Shown one piece after another: positions 20,847 through 30,863 of a stretch of DNA of 64,000 nucleotides. The stretch lies in NCBI GenBank assembly GCA_964291495.2, contig OZ219872.1, positions 128,001 to 192,000 on the forward strand. The letters run 5' to 3'. The stretch comes from Dehalococcoidia bacterium (GTDB taxonomy: Bacteria > Chloroflexota > Dehalococcoidia > UBA2979). The notes beneath the pieces were generated by a model. It was not told where the DNA came from. It saw nothing but the letters and a program-made list of their open reading frames with translations, and did no database searches. How positions within the stretch are numbered: the stretch's first letter is position 1; each line of letters opens with the position of its first letter. Both the position numbers and the translations under genes were made by a program.

Positions 20847-20906
20847 CCTTCCCACAGGGCGGCCTTCCTCGGGCCGCCCCAATGGCTCGTCGATCGAGGC
20901 ATCCTT
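20735..20906. repeat. ~170-bp direct repeat (5' UTR + signal peptide), paired with 21496-21667
   Basis: Near-identical gaggcccagaccagggccagggcggcggcgagcgcgaaggtcgcccc...gcaaccatcc...cggccttcctcgggcc...gatcgaggcatcct. Confidence 0.9.
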
Positions 20907-21056
20907 AACGCGCGGCCGTTGTTCGACTGCCGCTGTGCCCGCCCGATGGACGTCCCTCCGGTGATTCCCATCCTCCGCTTCCATTCGCTCGCCGGTGCCG
21001 GTCCCCGTCAGGCCTGCCGGAGCGTCCGGCAGCCCCGGTCCCGGAAGGCGTGAGCG

Positions 21057-21608
21057 TCATTCGCTCCCGACGCCCGGGAACTTGATGGTGACGCTGGAGA
21101 GGGTCGGCGAATTGGGGAAGATGATGGTCAGCGGCCGATCGGGCTCCGGGCGGCGATCAACGCGGACGTACGCGTGGTACGGGCCGTGGCCGTGAACGAC
21201 AGTCAGGTCGAAGTTCACGAGATCGGCGCCGGATGCGTATTGCAGGCGCGAGAGGCCGGCGTCCTCGGGCGGCGTGTAGGAGATCCCGATGGAGCCCGTC
21301 AACTGCCCGTCCAGGGTGATGAGCAGATTGCTGCCATCGAACGTGAGGGAGCTGTACTCGTGCGCGACGCCATCCACGGTGACGGCGATGGCGGATGATT
21401 CGGGCAGGGTCGTGCCCAGCGTCTCGTCGAACTCGACGGTCACGATAGTCCTGGTGCCCGAGCCATCGGTGTGGTGGCGGACATCCGCGCCTCGCGCGAC
21501 GTCGGCATGTGCGACGCCCGTCGAGGCCCAGACCAGGGCCAGGGCGGCGGCGAGCGCGAAGGTCGCCCCACTCAGACGCGATTTCACGATGCGGCGCATT
21601 GCAACCAT
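21057..21608 (-). CDS. Secreted SwmB-like domain protein
   Basis: Signal peptide ATFALAAALALVWASTGVAHA; VEFDETL..VTVDG..ISYTPP..LQY. Confidence 0.75.
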   Translation of the reverse strand: MVAMRRIVKSRLSGATFALAAALALVWASTGVAHADVARGADVRHHTDGSGTRTIVTVEFDETLGTTLPESSAIAVTVDGVAHEYSSLTFDGSNLLITLDGQLTGSIGISYTPPEDAGLSRLQYASGADLVNFDLTVVHGHGPYHAYVRVDRRPEPDRPLTIIFPNSPTLSSVTIKFPGVGSE

Positions 21609-21696
21609 CCCTCCCGCGGGCCGGCCTTCCTCGGGCCACCCCACTGGCTCTTCGATCGAGGCATCCTCGATGCCCTCCACCGAGAGAGTCACGGGG

Positions 21697-21760
21697 ATTA
21701 TGCCATCACGTGCATTACCGGTGCGTGACTTATCGAGCCATTGCCCGTAATGATTTGTAA
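21697..21760 (-). promoter_or_regulatory. Four-box promoter P1, divergent from the hybrid kinase
   Basis: TTACA-N5-TTACG-N17-TCACG-N6-TAATG-N10-CATAAT, with extended -10 TG. Confidence 0.72.
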
Positions 21761-21859
21761 CTAGCGGCGATCTGCGGCATGATTGCCCCGTCGACGCTGA
21801 ATCCCGCGAGCCGTGCGCGCGGCGGCGCCGCACTTCCCCCTCGAAGGCGAGGTGACGAG

Positions 21860-24274
21860 TTGAACCGAACCGACGAACAAGACCGACGGATCCGGGAGCT
21901 GGAAGAGCGCCTCTCCCGCCTGAGCGAGGCCAGTCTTCGCATCACCGAAGACCTCGACTTCAACACCGTGCTGCAGGGCGTGCTCGACGCGGCCCGCTCC
22001 CTCACCGGCGCGCGCTACGGCGTCATCGCCCTGCACGGCGACGACGCGACGGCGGAGGACTTCCTCTCCTCGGGGATGACCGTGGAGGAGACCGCCAGGC
22101 TGTGGACGTCGCCGGGCTGGCCCAGCCACTTCGAGTACCTGAGCAGGCTTCCGGGTCCGCTGCGAGTACCCGATCTGCCCGGCCACATCAGGTCGCTGGG
22201 CCTCCCGGAGCTGATTCCCCCGGTGGCGGTGAGCGAGCAGGTGCCCTTCATGGCGACTCCCGTGCTGCACCGCGGAGAGCGCGTCGGCAGCATCTACCTC
22301 GCCGAGAAGGAACGCGCGGAGGAGTTCACCCGGGAGGACGAGGAGACGCTCGTGCTGTTCGCCTCCCAGGCGGCGATGGCCATCGCCAACGCACGCCGGC
22401 ACCGCGAGGAGCGGAGGGCCAGGGCCGACCTCGAGACGCTGATCGATACCTCACCCGTGGGCGTGGTGGTGCTCGACGCCGCGACGGGGGCGCCCAGCTC
22501 GTTGAACCGGGAGGCCCGGAGAATCGTCGACAGCCTGCGTGATCCCGACCAGACCCGCGAAAGCCTCCTCGAGACGGTGACCTTCCGCCGCGCCGACGGG
22601 CGCGAGGCCTCGCTGCAGGAGGTCCCGATGGTTGAGCTCCTGGGCGCCGGTGAGACGGTGCGGGCCGAGGAGATTGTCCTGTGTGTCCCCGACGGACGCA
22701 GCGTCACCGTGCTGCTCAACGCCACGCCCGTACGCTCCGACGATCGGGTGGTCGAGTCGGTGGTCGTCACCCTGCAGGACATGGCCGAGGTCGAGGAGCT
22801 GGAGCGGCTGCGGGCGGAGTTCCTGGCGATGGTCAGCCACGAGCTCAGGGGTCCCCTGACCTCGATCAAGGGCTCGGCCGCCACGGTGCTGGACTCTCCC
22901 TCCGAGTTCGACCCCGTCGTGGTGCGCCAGTACTTCCGCATCATCGGGGACCAGGCCGACCACATGAACGCCCTGGTCTCCGATCTGCTGGACGTGGCCC
23001 GCATCGAGACGGGCGAGCTGGCGGTCAGTCCCGAGCCGGCGGAGGTGGCCGTGCTCGTGGACCGGGCGCGGACCGCCTTCCCGAGTCTGGGAGGCGGGAA
23101 CAGCCTCTCCATCGACATCGCGCCGGACCTGCCCCTGGTGGCGGCGGACCGGCGGCGCATCGTGCAGGTGCTGGGCAACCTGCTGTCAAACGCGGTCCGG
23201 CACTCCCCGGAGTCGTCCGTCATCACGGTGACGGCGGAGCGGCAGGGCGTGCACGTGGCCGTCTCGGTGGTGGACGAGGGGCGGGGCATCCCGGCGGAGA
23301 GCCTGCCGCACCTGTTCCGCAAGTTCTCCAGGACGCAGCCCGAGGAGCAGGAGGGCGACACGGGCCTCGGCCTCGCCATCTGCAAGGGGATCGTGGAGGC
23401 TCACGGCGGCCGCATCTGGGCGGAGAGCGACGGGCCGGGACTGGGGGCGCGCTTCACCTTCACCCTGCCCTCGGTGGAAGAGACCGGCAGCAGCGCTTCA
23501 AGCGGGCTCGCGACCGTTCCTCGGCGGTCCTCCCCGACACGCAGGCGGCGGGACGCCGGGGAACGGGTGCGCGTCCTCGCCGTGGACGACGACCCAAACG
23601 ACCTCCGCTACGTCCGCGACGCCCTCGTCCAGGCGGGCTACGCGCCGCTGATGGCCGGCGACGCGCGGGAGGCGCTCAGCCTGATGGAGGCCGAGGCGCC
23701 GGACCTGGCGCTGCTCGACCTGATGCTGCCCGGCACGAACGGCATCGAGCTGATGAAGGAAATCCTGAACGTGGCGGACGTGCCGGTTATCTTCCTGTCC
23801 GCCTACGGCGGAGACGAGCTCGTCGCCCAGGCCTTCGAGATGGGGGCTGTCGACTACGTCGTCAAGCCCTTCTCGCCAACGGAGCTCGCGGCGAGGATCA
23901 AGGCCGCCCTCCGACGCCGGGAGGTATCCGAACCAACGGAGCCATACGTGCTCGGCGAGCTGACCATCGACTACCCCGAACGCAGGGTGACGGTCGACGG
24001 GCGCCCGGTCCATCTGACCGCGACGGAGTACGGGCTGCTCGCCGAGCTCTCGACCCACGCCGGGCGGGTGTTGACCCATCAGCATCTGCTGGAGCGCGTC
24101 TGGGGGGAGAAGGGCGAGGGCGATGTGCGCCCCATGCGCACCATCGTGAGCAAGCTCCGCCGCAAGCTGGGCGAGGACGCCGACCACCCCCGCTACATCT
24201 TCACCGAGCCCCGCGTCGGCTTCCGCATGCCCAGGGGGACGGCGCTGGACGGGGAGGCGGGCGAGGATTCCTGA
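21860..24274 (+). CDS. Soluble hybrid sensor-regulator: GAF-PAS-HisKA-HATPase-REC-OmpR/PhoB wHTH
   Basis: SHELRGPL, NLLSNA, DEGRGI, GLGLAIC, VLAVDDD..LLDLMLP..KPFS, LTATEY..LRRKL..TEPRVGFR; GAGGTG + TTG at 21860 (ORF open from 21779). Confidence 0.92.
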   Translation: MNRTDEQDRRIRELEERLSRLSEASLRITEDLDFNTVLQGVLDAARSLTGARYGVIALHGDDATAEDFLSSGMTVEETARLWTSPGWPSHFEYLSRLPGPLRVPDLPGHIRSLGLPELIPPVAVSEQVPFMATPVLHRGERVGSIYLAEKERAEEFTREDEETLVLFASQAAMAIANARRHREERRARADLETLIDTSPVGVVVLDAATGAPSSLNREARRIVDSLRDPDQTRESLLETVTFRRADGREASLQEVPMVELLGAGETVRAEEIVLCVPDGRSVTVLLNATPVRSDDRVVESVVVTLQDMAEVEELERLRAEFLAMVSHELRGPLTSIKGSAATVLDSPSEFDPVVVRQYFRIIGDQADHMNALVSDLLDVARIETGELAVSPEPAEVAVLVDRARTAFPSLGGGNSLSIDIAPDLPLVAADRRRIVQVLGNLLSNAVRHSPESSVITVTAERQGVHVAVSVVDEGRGIPAESLPHLFRKFSRTQPEEQEGDTGLGLAICKGIVEAHGGRIWAESDGPGLGARFTFTLPSVEETGSSASSGLATVPRRSSPTRRRRDAGERVRVLAVDDDPNDLRYVRDALVQAGYAPLMAGDAREALSLMEAEAPDLALLDLMLPGTNGIELMKEILNVADVPVIFLSAYGGDELVAQAFEMGAVDYVVKPFSPTELAARIKAALRRREVSEPTEPYVLGELTIDYPERRVTVDGRPVHLTATEYGLLAELSTHAGRVLTHQHLLERVWGEKGEGDVRPMRTIVSKLRRKLGEDADHPRYIFTEPRVGFRMPRGTALDGEAGEDS

Positions 24275-24286
24275 GCGCGGGGGAGC

Positions 24287-25657
24287 ATGCCAGCTCACGC
24301 GGAGGGGGAGCCGATCGTGTCTGCTGACTGGGTAGACAGGCTGTCGCAGTGCCTGCAGGACCTGGTCGACTACGAGCGATGGCTGGAAAGCGAGCTCGTC
24401 GATCTGAGGCGACGAGCCGAGCGCACGTTGGGCGTGCCTGATTCTCGCGACGACCGGGACGATCGGGTTCGCGAGCGGGTTTCGGGATACTGGCGCGTCC
24501 GCGGTAGCCGGCCGCTCGCGGACTACGAGTATGGACGGAGTGTCGCGGGGAAGCTCGACAGGTTGGTGGACGTGCTGCTCGAACACCCGGTGCTGGCCAA
24601 GGCGGTCTACCGCGACGGCGAAGGCTCGCTGGCCGTGGGCCTGAACCTGGGAGTATCCCTGGCAGCCCGCCACCAGTTCACTTCCGTGCTGACGGGGCTC
24701 GTCGACCACGCGGTCGAGCAGGCGCCGAAGGCCACGGCGGACGCCTTCGCCCGGATGATCCAGAAGGGCGAGGACTACGACCTGCGCTGCTACTCGATCG
24801 CCCTTGTCCGCGGTCTGCATGCCGGGCGCCGGTACGACTTCCCCGACGACCTGTCGGTCGTCCCCCTCGAGGAGGCGCGGCGGTATCTGCGCGACACGGA
24901 CATCCGCTCCATGCTCGGAGCGGCCGACACTCACATCAACCGGCGTCCGGTCGCGGCGGTGGTGTTCGAGCGGAAGTGGGGACCGGTGTTCGTCCCCGCG
25001 GGGTTCGACATGGACGAACTGGTCTGGCACGGGAGGCCCCCGACGTTCCGTGACGATGGACGTCTGCTCGTGGATGTCCTCTCGGTAGTCCACCGGGAGC
25101 CCATGGCGTCTTCCGAAACACACACAGCCGTGGTCGAGCGTCAGCTCCACCACATCGTCGGCTCGAACGGGAGCTACTCACCCAGGTTCGTCCGCGACAT
25201 GCTGGGAGCCAACACGATGAAGATCGAGCCGGTGACAACCCCGGCCTTCTCGGCGGAGAGCCTTCCGGAGTGCGAGCGATTGTTCGTCGCGTGCAGGAGC
25301 GACGAACAGCTGCGTCTGGCCCTGTCCCGGCTCGCGTCGTCGCTGCGGCGAACGGGTGCGCATGGAACCTTCGACCGGGTTGTCGACATAGCCATCGCGC
25401 TGGAGGTCATGTACCAGCTCGACGTTTCGCGCGGGAAGGGCGACCAGCTCTCGCGCCGAGCCCGCGAGCTGATTGGCGGAGACCGGGCGGACCTGAACTG
25501 GATTCGCGGGACCGCCGAGTCCACATATCGGGCGCGGAGGGACATTGTGCATGACGGGACGTTGCCGGAAAACGCCGAGCAGGTCTGCGAGAACGGCTTC
25601 GATCTCGCCCGCCGGACGTTGCTGCACATCGTCAGCACGGGGTGGCCCGAGTGGTAG
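24287..25657 (+). CDS. HEPN-domain protein (ApeA/MAE_28990-like architecture)
   Basis: C-terminal DIAIALEVMY ... YRARRDIVHDG (RxxxxH). Confidence 0.7.
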   Translation: MPAHAEGEPIVSADWVDRLSQCLQDLVDYERWLESELVDLRRRAERTLGVPDSRDDRDDRVRERVSGYWRVRGSRPLADYEYGRSVAGKLDRLVDVLLEHPVLAKAVYRDGEGSLAVGLNLGVSLAARHQFTSVLTGLVDHAVEQAPKATADAFARMIQKGEDYDLRCYSIALVRGLHAGRRYDFPDDLSVVPLEEARRYLRDTDIRSMLGAADTHINRRPVAAVVFERKWGPVFVPAGFDMDELVWHGRPPTFRDDGRLLVDVLSVVHREPMASSETHTAVVERQLHHIVGSNGSYSPRFVRDMLGANTMKIEPVTTPAFSAESLPECERLFVACRSDEQLRLALSRLASSLRRTGAHGTFDRVVDIAIALEVMYQLDVSRGKGDQLSRRARELIGGDRADLNWIRGTAESTYRARRDIVHDGTLPENAEQVCENGFDLARRTLLHIVSTGWPEW

Positions 25658-25821
25658 GGGCAGCGGAGGCGCCGTACGCAGCGATCTTGTTATGACGGGT
25701 GTAGAGCCCGCGTCGGAGTCTGCCGAGGCGAGCAGACGTTTCAAGCGGCTTGCGACCACTCCGGCTGGCCACTGCGCCCTGCTGCCGTGACGTAGGCTAG
25801 ATTTGGAGGCGGAGTTCCCAC

Positions 25822-26667
25822 ATGGAGTTCAGCGTCCCCGACTTCATCGAAGGTCTTGGCGCGGAGCTCATCGCCGCATACGAGCGCGGCGGCATGGCAA
25901 CGTCGCCAGGCGCCATTGGGGCAGCTCGCGAAGGCCCTGTGCGGCGGAAGCTGGCCCAGGTCTTTGCGGGTGGGGTCGGGATCGGCACAGGATTCGTCAT
26001 CGACGCTGAGGGGAACGTGTCCAAGCAGCAGGACGTCATTCTTTACGAAAAGGACTTCTGTCCTGTCTACCGCATCAACGAGATAGACGAGGTTGCTTAC
26101 TACCCTTGCGAGGGAGTCTTCGCTGTCGGCGAGGTCAAGAGCACCATCGGTTCGGTAGAGTTCGACGACATTCTTGAGAAGATAGCAAGCGTGCGCCGGC
26201 TCCGCCGTCACATTGACAAGGAACAAGCTGTAATCGGGCCGCCGCGGGAGTACGTGGCGTTTCGCCACTATGGCGTCGGCACTTCGTTCGAAGGCACTGC
26301 GGAAGAGGACTACGTGCAGGACAAGTCTGAGCGCCACCAAATATACGGATTCGCCATTGGGAGGACGATCCAAGCACTGGAGCAGCGCCTCGCGACTCTC
26401 CGAGAAAGACTCGACGATGGAGATGCTGTGTACCTTCCTAATCTGATTGTGAGCCTTGAACAGAATATTGGGCTGGTTCCCTACAGCAGCGCCGACAGCC
26501 CTCAAGGCACCGCTCTTAATGCGAGCTACTATCGCGCGCATCGCCCTAGCACACAGCAAGCCTTCCTACCGCTCGTTCAACAACTTAGATCGTCGTTCAA
26601 TTCGGGCGTGACTACAGCCCTAGATGCCTATCGAGCCTACTACGTGAGACAGCCAGAGAAGTCGTGA
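25822..26667 (+). CDS. DUF6602-like PD-(D/E)xK protein
   Basis: GAARE, GFVID..SKQQDVILYE, P.EGV.AVGEVKS; lower GC than flanks. Confidence 0.72.
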   Translation: MEFSVPDFIEGLGAELIAAYERGGMATSPGAIGAAREGPVRRKLAQVFAGGVGIGTGFVIDAEGNVSKQQDVILYEKDFCPVYRINEIDEVAYYPCEGVFAVGEVKSTIGSVEFDDILEKIASVRRLRRHIDKEQAVIGPPREYVAFRHYGVGTSFEGTAEEDYVQDKSERHQIYGFAIGRTIQALEQRLATLRERLDDGDAVYLPNLIVSLEQNIGLVPYSSADSPQGTALNASYYRAHRPSTQQAFLPLVQQLRSSFNSGVTTALDAYRAYYVRQPEKS

Positions 26668-26985
26668 TACGCTCGGCTCCGGCCAGTGTTCCCTCGCCCC
26701 AAATGCGCTAGCGCGCCGGCCGCTTTGAACAGGACAAGGGCGCCGACCGCCACCGGTACATCCTTACCGTGCCCCGCGTGGGGCCCGATGCCCAGGAGCT
26801 GAGGCGCTGGACTCGAAGCTGGCCGCAGCTCCTTGGGCGGGAGGGGACTCGGCCGTCGAAGTCGGAATCATGCCCTACCGGAAGACCCCCAGGCGGACCG
26901 CTCTCAGCGCTGCCATCGGTCCTGAGTACACGACCTGCGCGGGTGCTATCTTCTAAGGGTGGCACACCACACGGAGGAGACCGAG

Positions 26986-27372
26986 ATGGTGCCGCGCCGG
27001 CCTTCTGAGGAGATCGCTCGCCTCGGTGACGAGATCTACGAGCGCGACATCCGGCACCAAGTCGAGGCCGAGCATCACGGAGAGGTCGTCGCCGTCGACG
27101 TGGAAAGCGAGACCTGGGCCGTCGGCGACACCGTGATCGTTGCGCGGGATCGCCTGCGTACGAAGCGCCCGGACGCGATCGACGTGTGGCTGCTCCGGGT
27201 GGGGCATCGGGCACTGGATCACTTCGGTGGTCGCCCACTGAGTAACCCAAGTGATGGAAGGCGCGGTGAATGCCGCCCACGAGGCGGTGCTCAGCCCCGC
27301 TTTCGGAGGAGCCAGCCGGGAGACACGCAACATCGCCAGCCGTGGTCGACACCGGCTTCACGGGACTCCTGA
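26986..27372 (+). CDS. DUF5678-like small protein; native stop near 27255 probably lost
   Basis: GGAGGAG + ATG; EEIARLGDEIYERDIR..GEVVAVDVES..RVGHRA..FGG, the usual partner of the downstream protease. Confidence 0.6.
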   Translation: MVPRRPSEEIARLGDEIYERDIRHQVEAEHHGEVVAVDVESETWAVGDTVIVARDRLRTKRPDAIDVWLLRVGHRALDHFGGRPLSNPSDGRRGECRPRGGAQPRFRRSQPGDTQHRQPWSTPASRDS

Positions 27373-27616
27373 CGGTGACCCCAGCGTTGGCAGTGGAGCC
27401 GGGACTACCGCTTGCGGGTACTGCCGCGCGACGCGTGCCGATGGCAGTGAGACGACACTCCCTTACTATGGCGTGACTCCCCTTCGGGATGGCCGGACTA
27501 GGTACGTGGAGGCGGATGCCGCTGACACGACGCCGCTCGTCGGCATGCGGCTGCTCGACGGACACAGCCTGTCCGTCGACGTCGAGGCCGCTTGGGCGCG
27601 TCGTCATCGAGCCTAG
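27251..27616 (+). pseudogene. Clan AA aspartic protease, frameshifted
   Basis: M.EG.VN..EA N-terminus; VVDTGFTGLL in a different frame (27348); ADGS and PLVGMRLL back in the first frame. Confidence 0.8.
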
Positions 27617-27732
27617 GCCTCCAGGCTGAACAGCACCTCAAAGGTGGTACTGACTACCGTCAAGTTGGGCCCACCACATCCCATGTTCGTCGCGGCGACC
27701 GGGGTGCGGGCGAGGGCCCGCACCCTGCGCGC

Positions 27733-28449
27733 TTAGCCGCCCTCGTCGGCCCAGGCCTCGCCGTCGCCGCGGAAGAGCGAGACGCCGAGCAGCACGAACC
27801 AGAGGTCGATCAGCACGACCACCGCGATCTGGATGGCGCTGACATCCACGTCGTGCACGTGTCCGCGGATGATGGCGATCGCCGCCGCCACCAGCCCGAC
27901 GGCCGCCGCGACGTACGCCGTCGTCCTCGCGCCGCCCGCGGGAAGCCTCGGCGCAAGTCCGAGGGCGAGCAAGAGTGCGCCCAGCCCGAAGGTCGTGCTC
28001 GAGATCAGGCGAATGCCGACTTTCGCGCCCTCGATCGGCGCGGCGACGAAGTTGGCCTGCTGCTGCGGAACGCCCGCGTCGCTGGCGTGCACCACGGTGT
28101 GCGTCGCGATGTGCGCGAGGCCGTACGCGACTGTAGCGGCCACGCCCGTGACCAGCAGAAAGACCAGGCCCCAGCGCGCGACGGCGTCCGTGCCACGGTT
28201 CCCGAGCAGCGGCCAGATCTGGAGCAGCCCGCAGACCATGAGAATGAATACGATGAAGCCGATCGTCGACGTGTAGTGCGTCAGCTCGGCGTTCTGCGAC
28301 ATTGCCCGCAGTCCGTCGGCAAACCTGTTGGAGCCACCCCCGCTGTCGATCAGCACGCCCGGCCGGAGCAGGTAGGTGACGAGCATCCCCAGCGCGCCGA
28401 CTATGAGCGCCGCGCCGCTCGCCTTCGTTGCGGTCCAACCCGATTGCAT
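27733..28449 (-). CDS. Integral membrane protein (DUF4386-like)
   Basis: Six to seven hydrophobic segments; SD + ATG. Confidence 0.65.
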   Translation of the reverse strand: MQSGWTATKASGAALIVGALGMLVTYLLRPGVLIDSGGGSNRFADGLRAMSQNAELTHYTSTIGFIVFILMVCGLLQIWPLLGNRGTDAVARWGLVFLLVTGVAATVAYGLAHIATHTVVHASDAGVPQQQANFVAAPIEGAKVGIRLISSTTFGLGALLLALGLAPRLPAGGARTTAYVAAAVGLVAAAIAIIRGHVHDVDVSAIQIAVVVLIDLWFVLLGVSLFRGDGEAWADEGG

Positions 28450-28644
28450 CCTGGCCCCCTCCCGTCTCGACTCCGTTGCCGCCCGAACCTACCAGCGCAC
28501 CGTGCGGAGTAGCATCCGCGTGAGCTGAACATTCGTGGGGCCGCAATCAAGTCGAGGAACCGAAGGACCGCCGCCCCTTCCCTCAGCACCGCCGGTTGCT
28601 ACCATGGATCGTGGTCCGGCGTCCTGGGACGCCGCCAGACCGAG

Positions 28645-28874
28645 CGTCGATGGGGACGCACGCCCGCGCGAGGCGCGGCGCACAGGGAGCGGGGCCACGG
28701 CTGGAAGCCCCGCCGCCGCACGCGAGGGCGCACCACCCCGGAGTCCGCGGGCGAACCCGCGGCGGCTGGCCCCGTTAGCGGCCTCAATGAGCCCCGACCG
28801 CCGTGGCGGTCGGGGGAAACAGGGTGGAACCACGTGAGGCGCGCTTCCCGTCCCTGAGCGGACGGCGGCGCGCC
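28645..28874 (+). promoter_or_regulatory. T-box riboswitch (Thr)
   Basis: Stem I AGGGAG/GGCTGGAAG loops, ACC specifier at 28732, CCGTTAGC stem IIA/B, T-box AGGGTGGAACCACG at 28821-28834 pairing with CGTCCCT; upstream of thrS. Confidence 0.88.
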
Positions 28875-28945
28875 GTCTTGCGTCCATCGCACCTCGCACG
28901 CGCCGCCACTTCGCAACGACCCGCTGCCAGCGTCAGGAGCGAGCG

Positions 28946-30784
<1,839 letters not shown>

Positions 30785-30863
30785 CGTGCCGCGCGGTTGC
30801 TGGCGGCAGCCTGCCGTGACAATCTGACGCGCGGCCTCGATGAGCCGAGCGACGGGATAAGCG

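Larger units (their letters stand above)
6946..27676. mobile_element. Genomic island at the tRNA-Val 3' end (integrase absent)
   Basis: GCCCACCA at 6946-6953 and 27669-27676; inverted arms ACTTGACGGTA (6955-6965) and TACCGTCAAGT (27655-27665); accessory and decayed cargo between housekeeping blocks. Confidence 0.75.
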
